Shown piece by piece: positions 12,555 to 25,573 of a stretch of DNA of 64,000 nucleotides. Below the pieces are notes generated by a model. That model was not told the DNA's origin. It was given only the letters and a program-made list of their open reading frames with translations, and searched no databases. Source of the DNA: Octopus sinensis. Its lineage: Eukaryota. Location of the stretch: positions 133,610,001-133,674,000 of the forward strand of contig NC_042999.1 in NCBI RefSeq assembly GCF_006345805.1, in the 5' to 3' direction. Position 1 is the stretch's first letter. Every line of letters starts with the position of its first letter. Made by a program: the position numbers and the translations under genes.

Positions 12555-12860
12555 GAGGCACAATGGCCCAGTGGTTAAGGCAGCGGACTTGCGGTCGTGA
12601 CATCGCGTGACATTGGATGTTGTGCGTGTTTATTGATCGAAAACACCTAAAGCTCCACGAGGCTCCGGCAGGGGGTGGTGGGGAACCCTGCTGTACTCTC
12701 TCTTGATGTTTCTGATGTACCTGTATTTCAAAGGGCCGGCCTTGTCACACTCTGTGGCACGCTGAATCACCACGAGAACTAAGTTAAGGGTACATGTGTC
12801 TCTGGAGTGCTCAGCCACCTACACATTAATTTCACGAGCAGGATCAACTGGAAGTCGTCG
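12555..12860 (+). mobile_element. SINE family C (tRNA-derived head)
   Basis: gaggcacaatggcccagtggttaaggcagcggact (A-box, tRNA-like 5' end); homologous to the minus-strand copy at 59102-59280. Confidence 0.85.
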
Positions 12861-13274
12861 AGTAGCACATATATATATATGTCGACTAAACAGACTGAGA
12901 ATATAGCGCTCTAGAATGCCGACGTTTGTAATGCTTTGTATTCTAGATATTAATTGGACGAAATGAAAGAACCTTATATATTTTATTTATTGCACTTCGG
13001 CCGAGCTGAATACCGCTTTTGAATGAATGTTTGTTCAAATTATAGACACCACTGTACTTAGTCTCGTATTCAGGGTATTGATATTTATGAAGTGACTAAT
13101 TTCACCTACCTACTGGCTTACGTCAATTTAAGTAAAATTATAAGAAAGAAGAGAAAAAGTGAGGTGAAGCGAAATAAGTGAATAGGTACGAGGAGTGACC
13201 TCGGGGTAAATGGAACGAAGTAACGATAAACATGTTATAAAAAATCGGATAGAATGATAGTTACTTATATAATA

Positions 13275-13736
13275 CTAGCTTAAAAGCCGCCCACCGTGCG
13301 GCGTACCGATATACGTGTAATGACAAAAATCGGGCAGAATGATAGATATTATATAATACTAGCTTAAAAGCTGCACGCCGTGCGCACTTTTTTGCTGGCC
13401 TCTGCGGAGGCTAATTGGGCCTGCGGCCCAAAACTGAAGTGAGTGATGATAATAAGGCACTTATTGGTATCCCACTAATATGGTATTACCCTACCAATAT
13501 AGTAATTACTTTAAATTCAGTTTTTATATAGTTTGAATTTTTAACTGTTAGCATATAGCAAATACTCATCTAGAACTGATGCCAATGCTGGATGTTCAAG
13601 AACTAAATATAGGGCAGATTTTCAATTCCAGGATCATCCTGATTCCAAAAAGATATATGTCTATGAAGAACAAATATAGAGATACAGGGGTCCCGGACGG
13701 ACAGACAGAATTTCACGCTTATATATATATATATAT
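13275..13736 (-). mobile_element. Non-autonomous Helitron-like element with a duplicated 3' terminus
   Basis: The minus strand starts TATATATAAGCGTGAAATTCTGTCTGTCCG. It ends in a GC hairpin (cgccgcacggtgggcg) plus CTAG-T at 13275; a second CTAG end lies at 13359. Confidence 0.6.
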
Positions 13737-13762
13737 TCTTTATATTATATATATATATATAC

Positions 13763-14110
13763 TTTTGTTTTTTCGTTTTAACTCTTTCAGTCGTTTGACT
13801 GCGGTCATGCTGGAGCACCACCTTAAAGAGATTTTTAATCGAAGAAATCGACCTTGAGACTTATTCTTTGTAAGCCTAGTACTTATTCTCTCGGTCACCT
13901 TGCCCGAACCGCTAAGTTACAGGGGCGTTAAAACACCATCATCGGTTGTCAAGCGATGGTAGGTAAGGACAAAAACACTAACACACACACACACACACAT
14001 AAATATACAGATATATATATGCGACAGACGTCTTTCAGTTTCCGTCTGCCAAATCCACTCACAAGGTTTTGGTCGGCCCGAAGCTATAGTAGAAGACACA
14101 TAAGACACAA
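13763..14110 (-). mobile_element. SINE family B copy
   Basis: gcggtcatgctggagcaccacc...aagcctagtacttattc...ccaaatccactcacaagg...gctatagtagaagacac, with an internal (CA)n/(TA)n tract. Confidence 0.88.
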
Positions 14111-16611
14111 ATACCCCAATCCCCGTCTCTATCGTCTGCAATTTAACCTTGTTTTATATTTTAGAACTTGTATACAAATAGATTTATGCTTCATACATCA
14201 ATTTTAGGAAGCACTCACACCTCCTCATCTGCTATCTTACTGTTTCTATTCCTCATATAATTTCTTCTTCTTCTTCTCTTCGCCTCCTCCTCCCTCTCCC
14301 TCTCTCTGTATTTTTATATTTCATCCATCCACAATTGTTTTGCCATCTTTTTGTTTTTCATATTACCTTATTTTTCCCTTGGCTTCTTTCTCCTACTTGT
14401 TACCTCCTTTCTCTCACGCTTACGAACTTCTGTTTCTATCTCCCCAATTTTCTACTTTTCCCTTTCCTTTCACTCAGTTTTTATATCCTTTAACTCTGTT
14501 CTCATCTCTGTTTCAACCTCCATTTCTCCTAAATCCGCTTCCACTACTAACTTCAGAACCCTTCCCTTGTCATTCAATCTGCTATTCAACAATACGTTTA
14601 CAAAATGAGACAAATTAGAATTTTTCACTGTAAACGATATCGAAACCTCTTTGTCCACATCGCCGTCATCTCGCAATCCTTGCATCACATATCTTTTATA
14701 TGTAATGAACCCTAAATCAATCCATCATGGTACTGTTAATCAACCTTTTCACTGATCATTAACACCGCTACTATAATCACCACCACTACCACCACCATCT
14801 ACATCACTAACAGTATTATCACCACCATCATTAAAGCTCTACTAACAATGCCACAAATATCATTACGAATACCTATGCGAGTTGACCTCCAACACCTATA
14901 CAGACATAATCATCCATATCACCATTAACGCCACCACTAAAATCAGTATTTACACCGCTCCCAGATGGAGTCGCTTTGAGGGGCACTCTCGATATCGTAT
15001 TCGTATATCCTTATTGGTAGAAAGAAGGACTAAGTGCTCATGGGTCAACTGGGTCAGAAGTGAATCGAGGTTAAACAGCAAGAACAACCATCACCACTGC
15101 CAACACTCTCATTACATTATTATGACTACAAATAATAACACTGGCTGTGTATTGAGTTTCTGTACAAAAAATGTGTGTAGATTAGAAGGATGAGCTACCG
15201 AAGAAAAGTGTGGCAAATGTTACCACTGGGGAAGTAAAGAGTATTGTGTTATCTATTGGTGATGAATGGGACAGCAGTCATTACTTTTGCATAATTCCCA
15301 AACTGGTGAGGTCATTGAAATTAATTGTTGAAATTCTACAGATGTACCGATGCATCTAAGGCGAGAGTACACACTAGGTGTGTATTGAACAGAATTATGT
15401 TATGTAATGGGTACTTGCTAATGATGACATGCAAAGATACAAAGACATCATGGTTTAGCATTTCCACCATCGTTGCTGGACGTTTTCCTCTGCTAGTGAT
15501 ACACTTCTTCGCTTATTAACATTATACCTCTATACGAGAAGCTTACTTAAGATGAAAACTGCAGTTTTTTTGACATGTTATATGCACAACCACATTAACT
15601 AAGATATATAAATTTGCTATACTAATTGATGGTTTAGAAAAGCAGAAACTATGAGACCCACAGACGAAAAGATTAAGAAAACCAAAGCGTCGTTTCTGAG
15701 AACCGGTGATTCTTGTCTGACAGCGAGTGGTTATTTTTCATTCATTTCGATGGATATTTTGAGAATTGATATACAGTAGCAACATTCCCCTTATGTTGGG
15801 AGTCACTAGAATATTTCGGATGATAGATTTAAGCCATTGTGCTATTTGACACCACTACCTGGTCCTTAGATGTCTCTTGAAATCATTTGGACTAAGATTC
15901 CAATCAAATATCACTTCTTCTTAACAGTCTTGGAATTCTTCAAAACTAATGGGTCATAGAAACTACCATTCCCTCGATAACTATGTTGCAAAAAATATAT
16001 GCAGATCACAGTAAATGGCCAGAAGAGAATTATGTTTACAAAGCGAAAGTTTTGATCATACAGTCATTGCCTGCGTTTACTCTTCATATACATTTACATT
16101 CACATAGGAATATAGACACGTATTTTCATCCTATACTAGTTTAGTCCTTAACAAATATATATTTAATCTGTGTAATTTATAGATTGTAATTGAAACTCCT
16201 TTTATATCAGTTAAAACGACTAGGAAAGTAACAAACGAGGTCATTCATGAATGTGAAATATGAAGGCAGGTTTAATCGAGCGAAAACATCATGACTTATT
16301 AAAGTAAAAAAAAAAACATCTAAGAGAATGACTTATGCCTCCTGGGATTCTAAAGAATATTATACCAGCAATATAAATTCAATTGACATACATGACCGAG
16401 GAGACGGCATAAAACACATACACACGTACGCACACACACATATATACATTTGTAGCGTGCTGATCAATATATCATTGTGACAAATAGGAGACGTGGAATA
16501 CAGTACTATATTTTGTTCTCTATTGTAGAGGGTGTTACAGTTCTCCTAAGTTTAGCTTCAAAATATAAATATACTGTAGATTAGGTGTCATTATTTGTTT
16601 ATGCATACAAA

Positions 16612-17903
16612 TACAGGCGAGTAAATTGTCGTCTAAATTACGCAAAACTTAAAATAACCATGATTTCTCATTTTAACAAATATACTTACCAAAATTACAT
16701 AAAAATATCCTGAAATACTAAAGTGTAAATATATATAATAAAATCGCCATTGGCTTCACCCGCGCCCACCAGACGACTTCCGAATCTCCTGCAACTCTTC
16801 TGGACGGTAACTTGTTGGTGAATGCTGCTATAATTCTTGCCTTCAGTTCATTTTTGGTATTACAAGTCTTGTTGGTCTTCCGCTCAACTGCCCTCCACAC
16901 ATAATAATCAAGGATATTGCAATCTGGGGAGTTAAGTAATCAGATGATAGGGGTGATGCGGTTGCAGAAATTATTTGACAGCCATGACTCGGTTCTCCTG
17001 CTTGTGTGGAATGGTGCAGAATTCTGTTGCTAGACATAGGATCTTCCAGCAGCCACCAACTTGACCCATGGCAGCATTACCTCCTCCAAGCACTTGATGT
17101 AGGCCTCCGTGTTGAGTCTGAGGCCGTGCGGGAAGGTGAATGGAGGCATAACGTCGCCATCACTAATGATCACTCCAAACACCATGATGTTGACTGGATG
17201 TCTGATTTTTATCACTTTCGGTACATGTTTTGGGGAAACAGCAAGCCAATAGTTGTTCTGTGTGTTCACCATCTGATCCTGGTAGAAATTTTCTCTTCTA
17301 AGAATAGCCAAAGCATGTTCGGTCGGAGGGGATGCTTGAGTTTGTTGAAAAGCTTTGTAACGCGGTCTTCCTTCTTGTCCTTGATGTTTTGGGACAAAAA
17401 TTGGCCCTTTCTCATCTTGTATAAGAATACTGAATATCTTCATGCACTGCCTACCTTGTAAAAAAACTCAGACACTCCTATGTCCCTCGCGATGGACCTG
17501 ATTGACTTGGAAGGATCGTTGTCAATCGTTGCCTGGATCTCACAAACAAATTCAGAAGTTCTTTTCTTATCAGAACGATCAGAGCGAATTTTCCGACTTG
17601 CTGACCTTCGTAAACACCATCAGACTCATCCAACTCTTTCTGAATCCTCCGCACTGTCCTCAAATCGACACCCAAACACTCTCAAATGATCGTATTGGAG
17701 CTTCCGGCGCGAATACCAAGCAGTATAACGTGTCGTTTCCAAAATTTCTGGCAGAGTGAATTGCATTCACGCTACTGTTTTTCTCAGAGAGGGTGCCCAA
17801 CTGACCCTATCATACTGTGTAGTCGACAAAATCAAAAACAAACAATGCACATGGGCAAAATTAAGAATACAAAATGGCGACAATTTACTCATCGCACACT
17901 GTG
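16612..17903 (-). mobile_element. Decayed Tc1/mariner superfamily transposon (maT/DD37D-like)
   Basis: TIR pair gagtaaattgtcg (16618-16630) and cgacaatttactc (17878-17890). Frameshifted transposase with VNTQNNYWLA..HPVNIMVFGVIISDGDVMPP..GLRLNTEAY, then NSAPFHTSRRTESW and a WRAVERKTNK..NTKNELKARI tail. Confidence 0.9.
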
Positions 17904-18062
17904 TGTATGTGTATGTACATACATACGTACATACACATATACATACATATATACATACATACATACGTACATACATACATACATAATACATACATACATA
18001 TATACATACATACATACATCCATACATCCATCCATACATACATACATACATACATACATACA

Positions 18063-18094
<32 letters not shown>

Positions 18095-18597
18095 CTTGTG
18101 AGTGTTGGTGAACACACAGACAGAATTGGTGAACACATACAGAGAACTGATGTATAAACACCAAAACATCAAAGAATATATCCACTGTAATAAAGAGCTC
18201 AATTACTTTCAGGTCGTCAAACAACGACAGCTTATTACAGATCAGTGAATCCAAGTGGAACCGACGTGCATATACATAATGGGTCAAAACGATCCTTGAG
18301 TGCAACATGCAAGAAAAAAAGAATAAAAGCAAATAATCATGAATTTCTCATATTGTTCATACTGAAATTATGGTCAACGTATGTTTCATTATGATAGACA
18401 CCTTTAAATATATAATATATAATTACATAATTGTAATACATATCTAATTTGAGTTTAAGTCAAATAATTTTTAAAGCACTGTGTACGCAAATAGTTTTGT
18501 AGAAACTGAAAATTCGAGTGTGGAGATTAACTCAAGGTTTCAGTTTCGATAATAGGTATACACAGGCATATATTTACGGTGTTGGGCATTTAAATTT

Positions 18598-18784
18598 TCT
18601 AGATCGGCAACCTCTTTTCACTTGCGGTACACTTACATTCGTTTCAAAATTCGGCGGTACACCTGAACTACAAATATAACTAAAAGTATGGGGGGGGGGA
18701 AATATATTCAAATTACACTGCGGCACAATTAGCATTGTCTCGTGGCACACCAGAGTGCCGCAGCATACCGGTTGCGGAGCACTG
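18598..18784. mobile_element. hAT (Charlie-type) MITE
   Basis: Right end ggttgcggagcactg, degenerate left end ggcaacc, internal gcggtacac/gtgccgc repeats, and TTCTAGA on both flanks (the Charlie-type target). Confidence 0.55.
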
Positions 18785-18954
18785 TTCTAGAAATGCTTTG
18801 CTAAAATGTGAGGTGGTGGATAATGAATTTGAGTTGGAAATAATACCACGTTTGTGAACTTGTTCGTTCAAGTGCCAATCTTTTACTGTTCCCCACATTA
18901 TATACACGCAAAAAATGTAGGCATAGTCAATTAAATGAATGCCAAAATATTATT

Positions 18955-19147
18955 GGTTTCAAATTTTAGCACAAGACCAGCAAGTTTGGGGGAGGTTTTT
19001 AAGTAGATTACATTGAACTCCAGTGATTAACTGGTACTTATTTTATCGATTCCAGATAGATGAAAAGCAAAGTCAGAAGGTAAAGACAGACGAAATGCCA
19101 CTAAACATTTGGCCCTTCGTCGCGACGATTCTGCCAGCTCGCTGCCA
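18955..19147 (-). mobile_element. SINE family A, diverged copy
   Basis: ctggtacttattttatcga...gacagacgaaatgcc...ttctgccagctcgctgcc. Confidence 0.8.
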
Positions 19148-19285
19148 TACGCCATTATATTATTGATACTTATTTCGTTATACTTAAACAGATGAAGGAA
19201 AATATCCGAACACCGAAAATATTTCGATCTCTAAGCAGAGATAAAGTCAACTACGGTCCAGCATTTAACTATTTCTACCAGATTA

Positions 19286-19660
19286 TCTTTATATATAAAA
19301 GTGAAGTTGTGTGTCTATCTCCTACGATTTAGATTCCTAACTACTCCCCCATTTTGCGGTGCAGTTTAATAGTCGTGATTCATATCGAGCCCTACTGGGT
19401 ATTAGCGCGCGTCTACGATGAGTCTACGATAAAAAAAAATTACCATCATTTTTTTCCATTTTAATGCATTTTTTCACTATTATATAAAGGAAGTAACTCT
19501 CTAAAAATGTCTACGATGAGTCAACGATTTAAAAAAAATTTACCATCATTTTTTTCCATTTTTAATGCATTTTTTTGCTATTTTTTGGCTATAACTCTCT
19601 AAAAATGCTTATATAGTTATTTCCCTTACAAACCCGAGCAACGCCGGGCGATACTGCTAG
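19286..19660 (+). mobile_element. Non-autonomous Helitron-like element, copy 1
   Basis: 5' TCTTTATATATAAAAG, 3' hairpin CCCGAGCAACGCCGGG followed by CTAG, inserted between A and T with no TSD. Confidence 0.88.
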
Positions 19661-20613
19661 TTATATTATACAATAAAAGACGTTTACTGTTATACACAAG
19701 CTAGAGCATAGGCATAACCATATGCTTAAGAGCTTCACTTTGCTACCATTTGGTTTTGCTTCAGTCCTTTGTACCTTGGCACCTCCGGTAAAGCGCCTTT
19801 GAATATAACCGCCACTCGACAAATGCCTTGTGGGTGAATTTTGCTGGTTGAGGGCAAGTGTTTTTGGAAGGCTGCGATATATTTACACACACACACACAC
19901 ATACATAATACATACATGTGTGTGAGGGGGGGAAGGGGACGAAAGATTTCAGGCAAAGGACAATAAAAAAAGAATAATATAGCTGAAGTGAATACCAAGT
20001 ATATAGAGCTTGTAGTTAATTGGCAAAATATATGACCATCCCCAAATATTACAATACATACAGACATATATGTATATACACACATAAACACAAACACACA
20101 TATATATAAATTTATATTTATATATATGTATGTAAACGTGTGTGTATGTGTGTGTATGTGTGTATGTATGTATGTACGTATGTGCTTGTGTTTGAATAAA
20201 TATACATGCTTACATGTGTATATGTATGTAAGTATGTACGTGCATGTGAATGCTTGATTTGTGTATTAGTATTCGTCCTCACCCCGTTTGACAGCCAGTA
20301 CTGGTTTATTTTCATGTCTGTAACTTAGTGGTTTGTAAAAATATAAAATAAAGCAACAAAAGATCGATAGAATAAGTATCAGATTTTAAGAGGAAATGTA
20401 AGCTGAGAGATCGATTCGTTCGTCAGAATCCTTCAATCCGATGTCTTGGCATGGCCGGAGTCCAATAACTAAAATATCAAAACGTACCGTATGGTTTATG
20501 TATCAAGATGGTGGGTCATTGAGACACTAGATTACATTTACGTAACACCCACATACACATAGATGTTTGTATTTATGCGTCTGTGAGTGTTTGCAAGCAC
20601 ACATGTATATCTC

Positions 20614-20820
20614 TTTTACTCTTTTACTTGTTTCAGTTATGTGACTGTGGCCATGCTGGAGCACCGCCTTTAGTCGAGAAAATCGACCCCAGGACTTATT
20701 CTTTGTAAGCCTAGTACTTATTCTATGCGTCTCTTTTGCCGAACCGCTAAGTTACGGGGACGTAAACACACCAGCATCAGTTGTCAAGTGATGTTGGGGG
20801 GACAAACACAGACACACAAA
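20614..20820 (-). mobile_element. SINE family B, 3' half
   Basis: tcttttactcttttacttgtttcag...ggccatgctggagcaccgcc...gacaaacacagacac. Confidence 0.88.
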
Positions 20821-20855
20821 TATACACACATACACACACACACACACACATACAC

Positions 20856-20962
<107 letters not shown>

Positions 20963-21058
20963 CATGTGATCACGTGATTTTGTACATCGCTGGTCATAAT
21001 GCATTTTGCATCATTTTAGTTTTCGAATGACGGCACCCCGCTGGCTACGCGAGCAGGC

Positions 21059-21080
<22 letters not shown>

Positions 21081-21091
<11 letters not shown>

Positions 21092-21779
21092 CAATAAGAG
21101 GCTTCCAAATAGGAAAGCCTTATATTAGAAAGAGCAGTAGAAAACTCAAAACCACCAAATGAGGATAAATTTTCGAAAGGAATGAAAATTTATCCTTATT
21201 TAGTGGTTTTGAGTTTTCTACTGCTCTTTCTAGCACAAGGCTTTCCTATTTGGAAGCCTCTTATTGTATTTCTATATGAATAATATATAGTCTAATGACT
21301 AATTCGTTTTTGTGCTAGGCCACTGGTAATAATATTTTTTTATTACCCTATTATTATTTTTTATTTTTTATGTTTAAATATTCTCTGATAAATTTGTTCG
21401 AAAATTTTACCGGCATCCTCTCTTTCGCCGGGTATAATCTGCGTCTGCGCAGTGGTCTGAAAAGTTAGAATATACAAGCAGTTTATTTTACATGTGGATC
21501 TGGCTGTGTTGTTTATTTGAAATCCAAAGGCTGTCCCGCTGATGAAACTGGCCTTCAGCAAATATTTTTTGCTGGAAATAGTTAGAAACCATGGTCTGGG
21601 AAATAATTGAGATGGTAAACGTTTTTAATTTTCATTCCTTTCGAAAATTTATCCTTATTTGGTGGTTTTGAGTTTTCTACTGCTCTTTCTAGCACAAGGC
21701 TTTCCTATTTGGAAGCCTCTTATTGTATTTCTATATGAATAATATATAGTCTAATGACTAATTCATTTTTGTGCTAGGT
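21081..21779 (+). mobile_element. Penelope pseudo-LTR-like / retrozyme-like non-autonomous element (inverted arm plus two direct repeats with a 459-bp period)
   Basis: 21081-21184 is the reverse complement of the repeat that occurs in direct orientation at 21185-21319 and 21633-21779; a hammerhead motif lies between the direct repeats. Confidence 0.7.
21534..21601 (+). ncRNA. Type I hammerhead ribozyme motif
   Basis: TCCCG-CTGATGA-AACT..AGTT-A-GAAAC-CATG-GTC-TGGGA: intact core, 5-bp stem I, palindromic stem III/loop ACCATGGT and a GUC cleavage triplet (21594-21596). Confidence 0.8.
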
Positions 21780-21829
21780 CAATATTATCCTATTGTTATT
21801 TATTATGTTTAAATATATACATACATACA

Positions 21830-21893
<64 letters not shown>

Positions 21894-22911
21894 GGAACAA
21901 AAACACAATAGAGACAATAAAACATTTGGACAGATAGGCGATAAAAGGTGGACAGGAGAAACAACAATTAGAAGAACAGGAAAAAAAAAGACGGGTCATT
22001 CGTGGCCTTCTTTCATCCGTCAAGTTTACCAGAAGTCCTTACTGTTTCGGGCAATTACACTTGAGACAGTTCAATCTGGTTGCCCGCAAAAAAGTCGAAG
22101 CTAAGAGCATTAGATGCTTTTGTAAGAAAGCTAGCAAATTTGTATGGTAACAGAGACAAAAAAAAACGGAGAACAAGGTACGCAATTACAAATACAAACA
22201 ACAAGAAAATAACAACAGGTGTCTTTCGACTTAGAACGAATCCAACTGAGCTGGCGTGTATGAAGTGAAAGCCTAAAGGCAAGAACATGGGAGATGGACA
22301 TAAGAGGTGTTGGCGATCGGCAGTCAGGCGAAGAAAGAAAGATGATGGCTGGCTGGACACCAGTCACGTAGAAGGAGAGATGGGTAGGGGCAGCGGGATT
22401 GGTGGAATAGAAAGAAAAAAATCAGACAAAGAGAAAGGTACAAGGGAGATAAACGAGGCGGAAAAGATGGGAGTTTATATATGTATATATATGTACACTC
22501 TGACATGAAGTACAGGACATCAGCGACGAGTGAAAATACTTAGACACTTAACGAGGGACAAATACGGGACAAAATACCAAAAGAAGTCTAATTTCTCCTC
22601 AGTTGTCGACTGTTTATTACTCCCTATGTCGGGACGCAAGAGAAATGACGTCCAGCTAGGTCCAGAAAGGACAGAGGCGAGAGAAAAATGGCTTGTAGTC
22701 ACGTGTGACCAAAAAGCAGAGAGGAAGGGACACAAGAGAGAAGATGAGGGAAAGAAATAAACGGAGTGAGGAGAAGGGAAAAGGAACGAAAGATAGTAGG
22801 AAGTGGAAGACAGACAGAAGACAAGGTAGAAGGAGGGGGAGAAACGGAAAATAAAGAGGATTATACAGGGATACAGAGAAGGAAAGAAATCGGAGTGTGG
22901 AATCATAGAAA

Positions 22912-23427
22912 TCTATATATATAAAACTCTAGTTGTGTGAGTGTCTGTCCCCTTCGATTTAGATTCCTAACTCCTCCCACATTTTGCGGCGCAGTTTAAC
23001 CAAATTCGGGTATCTTATAGTCGTGATTCATATCGAGCCCGTCTGACTATTAGCGCGCGTCAACGATGAGTCTACGATTTTAAAAATAATTTAACATCAT
23101 TTTTTATTCCATTTTAATGCATAAAATGCATCGTATGTCGATGGCGGCGGAGTTGGCGTCCATGGTCACAGCTGCACCTGTGTTGCTTCTCCCCCTTCTT
23201 CCCTCCCTCGTGAAGCTGTGGGGAAGGGAGTGTAAGGAAATCAACGTCGTAATGCGTTGTCAAGGAGACCAGCGTTCTTTTAGAACAACGACTTCATGGC
23301 TTGAAGTCGCCAAAACAGAAATGGCTAAGAAAGCCCGAATTGGCATCTATAAGGAAAGTAACTCTCTAAAAATGCTTATATAGTTATTTCCCTTACAAAC
23401 CCGAGCAACGCCGGGCGATACTGCTAG
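22912..23427 (+). mobile_element. Non-autonomous Helitron-like element, copy 2 (different interior)
   Basis: Same TCTATATATATAAAA start and CCCGAGCAACGCCGGG..CTAG-T end as copies 1 and 3, with a ~230-bp GC-richer insert at ~23117-23350. Confidence 0.88.
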
Positions 23428-23496
23428 TTATATATAAAAGAACTTACTGTGGACAAGGCTGCGTGGCGTTCGATTGTTATACACCACACACACACA

Positions 23497-23617
<121 letters not shown>

Positions 23618-24028
23618 CTTATGTGTAAGGGTAATTCAGAATAATAGACACTCTATCTCTCCTAACTACTCCCACGGCGTAATTTGATCTGAACACGGTA
23701 AGCTGATGATAAATTAGTCCATTGAAAATTGCTTTTACCCTTTATAGTAGTGAATTGTAGCACTACGTATAAGTAATTTAATGCTTAGTTAATATCATTT
23801 TCTTATACTATCTATTTAGAATTAGCTCGGGTAGATCAATGAGAAACAGCCCAACGAGACACAGGGACTAAGATGCCATTGATTGAACGCGAACTGTCAA
23901 TCTTTAGTATTGGTGCCTCACATTTTAGTTATTTATTCCTTTTGGCCGCGATACAACGTCTAGTGGACGTTGTATACTTTCATGTACAAAGTTAACTAAT
24001 ATTTAATAGAATTAGTTTTGATATAGAC

Positions 24029-24318
24029 CAGGGGTTTTGAACCATTTTTAAATCATGGACGTTTTACTTTACTATTTTATTCTGGTGGATTCCATTGCTA
24101 TTTTGCTTTTCACACTTGGAGTTGTATAGGTTGATATATGTAAAACGTTAGTGAAAGAAACCTAGCTGTTTCTTGAAATATATACCAATATATACATCTA
24201 AAGCAACATTTTTTCAGGAGGCCTTAAAATAATGTTGTCGATCTCCAATTTACTATTTTGTTGCGTGAACCCCAAAAATCTTAGCAGCTACATGGATCCT
24301 GGTTGACCAACTCTTATA
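24029..24318. mobile_element. Degenerate hAT-type MITE
   Basis: cagggg-tttttgaacc at the left, ggttgaccaactct at the right, and internal atggac/atggatcc motifs. Confidence 0.4.
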
Positions 24319-25365
24319 GGCTATTATCCATAAGATAAAGGGTTATTGCGAGGGTGTACATGTAAGCTACTGATAGACTGGTTGATGACATCTGAAAGCA
24401 TTGATTGCTCAGTCAGGATCAAGTCCGTTAATGTGATATAGAAGGGTGCAGTCGACTGAATCATCCCCAGGACCTACCTGATACCTATTGCGAACGGACG
24501 AAAGGCAACGTCACCTCCGTCAATAATTAAAACGTACAACGTAAGGAACTGAAACTGAATATATTAAGGCATTTAGACATTTAGATTTATAATTACATTT
24601 AAGACATGTGCAGCCGAAAAAGAAAGAAAATATAAGAGGGAATGAGCAACATTCTAATGAAGATATTTGTAGTATTGCGTTTGTCATTGGAGATATTGTG
24701 GTTCAGCAGAGAAACTGGTAGTTAATCTATGAAACTTCAAGAAACTCGTTAAGGAAGTTTGTGGAGGTCTATGACTCCACAGGGAGCCTGAAACAAATAC
24801 AGTTGGTCCTGATGGTGATGTAATTATGTGGTAGTTTATATCTAGTTATTCATAAACTGGCATTAAACATCAGCTTAAAGGAGAAAACTTACTTACTGCC
24901 ACTACCGCCTCCTTTAGTCTGCGTGTTGCGAAGGTTGATCTCTTACCACCAGGCTATTTATGAAGCCATTAGTAATCTATCGAAAAACTCGTCATTGCAA
25001 TTCATTGCCAAATCGTAATGTTTGCTTTTGCTTCGTTTTCAAGAAGTTGGCGTCCGTGGATAAAATCCGTTTGATCCAAATAATGTGTAGATGTTTTGAT
25101 ACAATTAAGTTAACTGATCACTTACTACCGTGGTTTCTTTAAATGCCTCATTTTCTGTTTGTGCTGACGAGTAAATATGTAAATGACTTATTCGTATCAA
25201 TAAAGAAGTGGCAGTGTGATACAGTACTGTAACGGAGTCGATTTGTATTTAGTTTGGCGAGAATTGTAGAAAGTAGTAGATGGAAGCTGAAGGGGTGGTA
25301 ATGCAAAGCATTTCATTTTACACGGCAACATGGCGTTAAATGTGTTTCGTAATTATTTGTGACAG

Positions 25366-25573
25366 CTTCCGTTGTCTGCCTGGCATTGATTGGCGTCCGG
25401 GGAATAACATCCGAAATGTTTCCAGAAACACGCTCTACAGCACTGCTGTTGTGTTCATATCAGACAAACACACGTTTCGTTTGACAGACTGTGGTGGCCT
25501 CTGCTCCCTCAGGAATAACGGGGTCATATCCAGTATCTCTCAACAGGCCTTGCTACAGCTGACTAAGATGGAA
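25366..25573 (+). CDS. Candidate internal exon of unknown product
   Basis: ttatttgtgacAG acceptor and GAA|GTAAGT donor; 208 nt with one open frame (FRCLPGIDWRPG...LLQLTKME); GC-richer than background. No homology recognised. Confidence 0.25.

Noticed and set aside
12555-12630. tRNA-like sequences at SINE heads (also 32432, 46797, 58621 and 59280)
   Set aside because: Each continues into a SINE body and lacks a complete cloverleaf, so they are SINE heads rather than tRNA genes.
14340-14690. ORFs in the pyrimidine-rich tract (e.g. 14470-14688 on the minus strand)
   Set aside because: Low-complexity CT-rich sequence, stops in the extended frame, and no recognisable domain or clear splice pair.
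25290-25550. Minus frame QGLLRDTGYDPVIPEG...FV-TGA-YEHNSS... as a possible selenoprotein or Cys-loop receptor exon
   Set aside because: The single in-frame TGA is not supported by a SECIS element or homology, and the resemblance to a receptor N-terminus rests on only a few residues.
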